DNA of 64,000 nucleotides, taken from the NCBI GenBank assembly GCA_002269645.1, contig NIVC01003165.1, forward strand, positions 1 to 64,000, given 5' to 3'. Under the pieces are notes generated by a model. It was not told the DNA's origin. It saw only the letters and a program-made list of their open reading frames with translations, and searched no databases. A program made the translations under genes and the position numbers. Positions 58,897-64,000 of this stretch are shown one piece after another. Source of the DNA: Macrostomum lignano (lineage: Eukaryota). Positions within the stretch are counted from its first letter, which is position 1. Each line of letters starts with the position of its first letter.

Positions 58897-60747
58897 TTAC
58901 CGAACGCACTCGGTGGGACAGTTGTCATAGAATGATGGCAGCGGCTTTGAAAGGATCAACAAAGGCAGTTGAGTTTCAGCATCTTCAATATCGTTGGCGG
59001 CAGTTCGGAAATCACCGTTCTGTCTGCTTCTGGGCAAGCTGCCAAGAGCTCTGGCAAAATTCTCGTCGGCTTCTTCGGTTGCGCCTGCACCTGCTGCTGC
59101 AGGCTGTTTGGCTGTGAATCCGCAGCTTTGCAGCAATCTCTTACTGGATAGGTAGAGCAGCTCCAGCAGCTCGAATGCAGTAGTGACAGTCACGCCCAGT
59201 GTGAGGCCTCCCATACCTCCAAGTCGGCTCAGGAGCGCGCTGAGACTGATCTGGAGGGTCTCCCTGTTCACCTGCGTGGTGTAGTCGAACCGGCTGACTG
59301 TCACTAGGGCCATTTTCTTCGACAGCCGTTTTTCCAAGCGACGAAGTCTGGTAACCTGCGGAGCGGTGGCGATTAACTCAAGTTGGCTAAAGGACAGCAG
59401 CTGCTCCAGCTTCTCTACCGCTTTCCGGCTAACGGGCCGCTCGGATAACGCATTCAACGCACTGGAAATGTCACTCATCCAGTGGATCTGCCACAGCCGA
59501 AGAAACCAATCTGCGGCCGACAATTGGCTTTCGTAGTGAAAGAAGCTGCAACGTTTCGGGCACTCCGTCTGGCTGACACTGTTCGTCAGCTCGCTCAGAT
59601 TTAGGTTGCGGACGCAGTTCAGTCTTCGAATAAAATCCATTGGATGCTCAGCGCTGTAAAAGCCGCAGTAGGGAGCCTTTTCTTGGGCATCGCTAGCCAA
59701 AGGTCGCACATGGTAGGTCGAAGTGCAATTGCACTTTTCCGTAATCAGCTGGCCGATGTGGCTGCTTAGACATGCATCAAAAGTATACAAGTACTTGCTG
59801 TCATCGTCCTGAATTATCGGCAATTGAGACGCTTCGGAGCATTCACCCTCCGGACAATTCTGTTTTTCCACCTTCACTGGCCGGTACTTGATCAGCGTCG
59901 AAGTTTGCATTTGTACGCTGAAACTCTGCGTGTCAATTAGCGGATAGGTGCCCGGCTCATGCAGAACGATCCGAAACCCGGAGGCTTCGTTAAACACGTT
60001 GAATGCGTAGTCTTCGCTTGACGAATCCTCCAAGTCAGACTCCGTCAGATTGAAGTCGTTCATCAGCATTTCATTTTGGTGAGCATTGGATAGCAGAATC
60101 GACAAGCTGCTCACGTAGCTAGAATCTGGCTGCAAAAGCTCCAGGTCGTGGCAAAAGAAAAAATCCGGATGATGAAAACTGCTGCTTTCCTGGAACTCGC
60201 AGTCCTCTTCGTGAGCCACTGATGGATTGCCATTGGCGCTGTGTCGCATGATGCAGAACGGCATTAAATCATTGAAGCTGTACGCCAGCTGCTTGGCAGA
60301 GGACTCGTTGATGAACTGAAAATAGGTGGACACCTTGTCGCTGTGGAATAAGCTGGCCGCTTCTTTGTAGCGACCGTCCCGCAAAAAATCTCCCATGCCG
60401 CGGCGAAGCTGGCGGGAGAATTCAGCCGGACTGGCAATGCGGCCTTCCCTCCAGAGCTTCAACGCCCGCGCGGAGAACGGGCTCATGGAGCAAATCGTCA
60501 AGCTGGGAAATGGCGTCGGGTCGTTGAGCCGCTTCTCAATCTGATAGCTCTTGTGGTACTCGAAGAACTCACTGAACAGGTCGCAGGTTCCGTAGCCAAG
60601 TAGAACGGTCATGCTGATGAGGTAAAGCAGCCACAGCAGACGCAGTGCTGAGTACTTTGTGGTGTAGCACTTCTTTATGCCACGAATAGTTGTATTTTCG
60701 ATAAATGTAGATACGAGAAATTTTGGAAAGGCTAGGGTTTTGCTCAT
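58897..60747 (-). CDS. DEG/ENaC (amiloride-sensitive sodium channel family) subunit, intronless, 616 aa
   Basis: TTIRGI pre-TM1, TM1, FPSLTIC, GFRIVLHEPGTYP, Cys-rich thumb (C..KCNC, CPKRC...YE), TM2 LLSRLGGMGGLTLGVT..T.FE. Confidence 0.93.
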   Translation of the reverse strand: MSKTLAFPKFLVSTFIENTTIRGIKKCYTTKYSALRLLWLLYLISMTVLLGYGTCDLFSEFFEYHKSYQIEKRLNDPTPFPSLTICSMSPFSARALKLWREGRIASPAEFSRQLRRGMGDFLRDGRYKEAASLFHSDKVSTYFQFINESSAKQLAYSFNDLMPFCIMRHSANGNPSVAHEEDCEFQESSSFHHPDFFFCHDLELLQPDSSYVSSLSILLSNAHQNEMLMNDFNLTESDLEDSSSEDYAFNVFNEASGFRIVLHEPGTYPLIDTQSFSVQMQTSTLIKYRPVKVEKQNCPEGECSEASQLPIIQDDDSKYLYTFDACLSSHIGQLITEKCNCTSTYHVRPLASDAQEKAPYCGFYSAEHPMDFIRRLNCVRNLNLSELTNSVSQTECPKRCSFFHYESQLSAADWFLRLWQIHWMSDISSALNALSERPVSRKAVEKLEQLLSFSQLELIATAPQVTRLRRLEKRLSKKMALVTVSRFDYTTQVNRETLQISLSALLSRLGGMGGLTLGVTVTTAFELLELLYLSSKRLLQSCGFTAKQPAAAGAGATEEADENFARALGSLPRSRQNGDFRTAANDIEDAETQLPLLILSKPLPSFYDNCPTECVR

Positions 60748-62185
60748 GTTGTAATTCTAGGCAAGGGAAGTTCTGGATGTATCTTCTTAGGATGGCAATC
60801 ACTGCCCAATTATGGCATTAAAGCTGCAACTACTTTTGTGCGCCCAGAACTTTTACGTGAATTTGCGTGCAATTTTCAAATACAGTTGTATTCATTTCAT
60901 TGGCTATGTCTGTCTCTGGCTAAACTGGACGAGAGCGAATCCGGCGCTGCGATATGATTACTACCACCAGTGATGCGAGCCGTAGAATGGAAAATGCCTG
61001 TGAAGACTCCGATTGGTCGTAGGTTTTGGTGTTGAAACTCTTACTATCAGCAGTATAATACATAATGCATGCACGTGTACTGTACAGTTGTATGTGTAAA
61101 CTCTTAAAATTTCCAACGACAGAATGACATTGCTTGATTTTAGATAGGTGAGTTTGGTCACTGAGGAGTTTTTAGGTAAAAATATGAGGCACGGCCGGCT
61201 ACTCGAAGACGCGGTTCCACTTTCGTTAATTTTGTCGTAGGAGTTCCTAATTTCTATAGAGCCAATTAAATTTTCTCATGTGCGAGGCGCGGCTGTAAGC
61301 GTTAATTAATCTGACCCCCAAAAGTACTCCAGAATTTTTTCGAATGACGAGCGCGTATTTTTCTCTTACATGTAAATCTCTTTAAATTTTCCATTGTAGC
61401 TTGAGTAGCTCGATCGCATTAATCTCCTATTATCTTCGGTAATCTCTTGCGGAAGCTAAAATATTTTGTCGTCATGCACAAATTTTTAAATTACGGCTAG
61501 ACATGTCAAGTTTCTGGGGGTCTGGGAGAGGCCACCTATTATAGGGGATGCTGTTTATAGGAGTTTAAGGCTTAGAGCCAATTAGAGTAGAGGCATTCAA
61601 ATCCTAACTATAACTGCATACTATATACTACATAGTGAGTTATTGGGACTTAAAATATTAATATATAACTGATATCAAATTCATACTGTACACATCCAGT
61701 TAATTTTCAAGTTACATACAGGAATTACTGACTTTTATATGTATGTATAAGGACTCTGTTCTCCAGCTGAGTGATAAATTATGGATGCTTGGATCTAGCA
61801 AGCTAGCTATAAATTCCTATAATCGTCTGACATGTGTACTTCACCGGTTCACCCCGCAACATCATAGTGCTACTCACATTGAAAAATATTCGAAGAATCA
61901 TTTTTTAACAAGCATATTGCTCCTTTATCACAAAAAGTAAAAAGCTGTTCCCACGAAATATTTTAGGCCTACTTAACGCATTAAAAGGGTCATTTTTTAT
62001 TTCAATATGGTCTGTATTTGTTAGGCCTAATTGCCAATAGCCCTTTGTTATACAATACTGCGTTCTCGGAAATTTTGATTTTCGTTTTTCGCTTTTGCAT
62101 ATTGTAAACTTAACAGACGTATCTGTTTCCCCATAGATATTCGTATTGATATTCAATTTCTAACAAATGCAACAAAATAAACCTA

Positions 62186-63064
62186 CTTGTACAGCTCGGA
62201 TTTGCATGAAAATTTACAGAAAAATTATTACACACAAAACAAACACCTCTGTGAAACTTCAAGTCCATCAGACCACGCAAAGCGGAATGGCAAGAGTTTT
62301 AAAGGTGCTCGTATTTATAATGCATTGTATATGCGCACAGTGTATAACATGTATGCCCATTTGCAACACTTGTACAGCTCGGATTTGCATGAAAATTTAC
62401 AGAAAAATTATTACACACAAAACAAACACCTCTGTGAAACTTCAAGTCCATCAGACCACGCAAAGCGGAATGGCAAGAGTTTTAAAGGTGCTCGTATTTA
62501 TAATGCATTGTATATGCGCACAGTGTATAACATGTATGCCCATTTGCAACACTTGTACAGCTCGGATTTGCATGAAAATTTACAGAAAAATTATTACACA
62601 CAAAACAAACACCTCTGTGAAACTTCAAGTCCATCAGACCACGCAAAGCGGAATGGCAAGAGTTTTAAAGGTGCTCGTATTTATAATGCATTGTATATGC
62701 GCACAGTGTATAACATGTATGCTCATTTGCAATACTTGTACAGCTCGGATTTGCATGAAAATTTACAGAAAAATTATTACACACAAAACAAACACCTCTG
62801 TGAAACTTCAAGTCCATCAGACCACGCAAAGCGGAATGGCAAGAGTTTTAAAGGTGCTCGTATTTATAATGCATTGTATATGCGCACAGTGTATAACATG
62901 TATGCTCATTTGCAACACTTGTACAGCTCGGATTTGCATGAAAATTTACAGAAAAATTATTACACACAAAACAAACATCTTTGTGAAACTTCAAGTCCAT
63001 CAGACCACGCAAAGCGGAATGGCAAGAGTTTTAAAGGTGCTCGTATTTATAATGCATTGTATAT
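62186..63064. repeat. 183-bp tandem repeat, about 4.8 near-identical copies
   Basis: Units start at 62186, 62369, 62552, 62735 and 62918; only a few substitutions. Confidence 0.95.
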
Positions 63065-63344
63065 GAATTCCAATCCCAGCCGGAACTACTTTTGCTTGTG
63101 TTCCAGAATATGAAGTTATACTCAAACACAGAACTTGTTAATAATTATAGGATAGAGTTAAAAATAAAAGTGGAGTATAAGTTCGTATAAAATTAGAATT
63201 TGAGGCAAGCATTAATCACATGTTGGCTTGTGGTGTTGCCCAAGAATGTCAGGCAATGTCTGTCTTAAAACAAGTATTGGCAAACTCCGGCCTCTGTCCC
63301 TGCGCCTCCCTACGTCCCTAGATTCCTTTGAAACTTCAGTCAAT

Positions 63345-64000
63345 TCTCTACTGTTTCCTCTCTTCTCTATCGTCTCTCATCCTTTCCCTCCCATCTCATC
63401 TCATCTCTTTTTTCCTCTCTCCTTTATTTCTTCCTTCTCCCCGATCTTTTCTTGTCTCTCCTTATCTTTCTTTGGTTTTTCTACTCTCTTCTCTCTCATT
63501 GCTTTATCATCTCTCCTTTCTCTTCTTATTTTCTGCTCTCTTATCTCTTCTTATTTATCTCTGCTCTCTACTCTCTATTCTCTCTCCCCTCTGTATAAAT
63601 TCTCACTCCTCACTCTCCCCTCTTTCTTGACACTTCCCACTTCTCTCCTCTCTCCGATCTCTTCTCTCTACTCTCCCCCGATCTGCTCTCGTCTCTCATC
63701 TCTTCTATCATCTCTTTACTCTCTCCTCTCTCGTCTCAATCCTCTGTAATATATCTTTCCTGCCTCATACTCTCTCTCATTATCTGATCTGTAGTCTCCT
63801 TTTATCATCTCTCCTCTCTCAACTTCCTCCACTACTCTCACCTCTCCTCTCCATCTCTCTCTCCCTCGCTCTTATCTCTCCACTCATCTCTCTGTTCTCT
63901 GCTCTCCCATCTCTCATCTCCTTACTATATTCTCTCCCCTCTCCGTTCTTCTCTTTCCTCTCCTCTCCCCTGTCTCTCCCTTTCCCCTCTCTCCCTTTTG
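63345..64000 (+). repeat. Degenerate CT-rich polypyrimidine tract
   Basis: More than 650 bp of imperfect (CT)n/(TCTC)n running to the window end. Confidence 0.9.

Noticed and set aside
63228-63749. Leu/Ser/Phe-rich membrane-protein-like ORFs
   Set aside because: A product of CT low complexity, which cannot encode stops.

Overview
Eukaryotic (metazoan) genomic DNA with GT-AG introns, very rich in repeats. GC-rich exons, AT-rich introns and the gene families suggest a free-living flatworm such as Macrostomum, but that is inference only. Host genes: two tandem secreted ACE-like (peptidase M2) genes, a stathmin-domain (STMND1-like) gene, two PAN-like plus fibrinogen-domain paralogs, an intronless DEG/ENaC channel, and three orphan ORFs. 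Mobile DNA: two related tRNA-Leu-primed Ty3/Gypsy elements (one complete, 8.7 kb, near-identical 711-bp LTRs, extra ORF after pol), a gag-only LTR derivative, an RTE LINE, a LOA-like LINE nested in a piggyBac, a Harbinger-like MITE, a tRNA-derived SINE inside a mariner remnant, and a short LINE 3' fragment. There are also several minisatellites. Most notable: (1) extra tRNA-Leu primer-binding-site copies in and next to LTRs of different families; (2) an HDV-like ribozyme fold at the RTE 5' end; (3) a non-env ORF3 in the complete Gypsy; (4) three retroelements each inserted in a different minisatellite. Many ORFs carry single-base frameshifts, several in homopolymer runs, which may be long-read assembly errors. 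All calls were made by eye, with no database searches.
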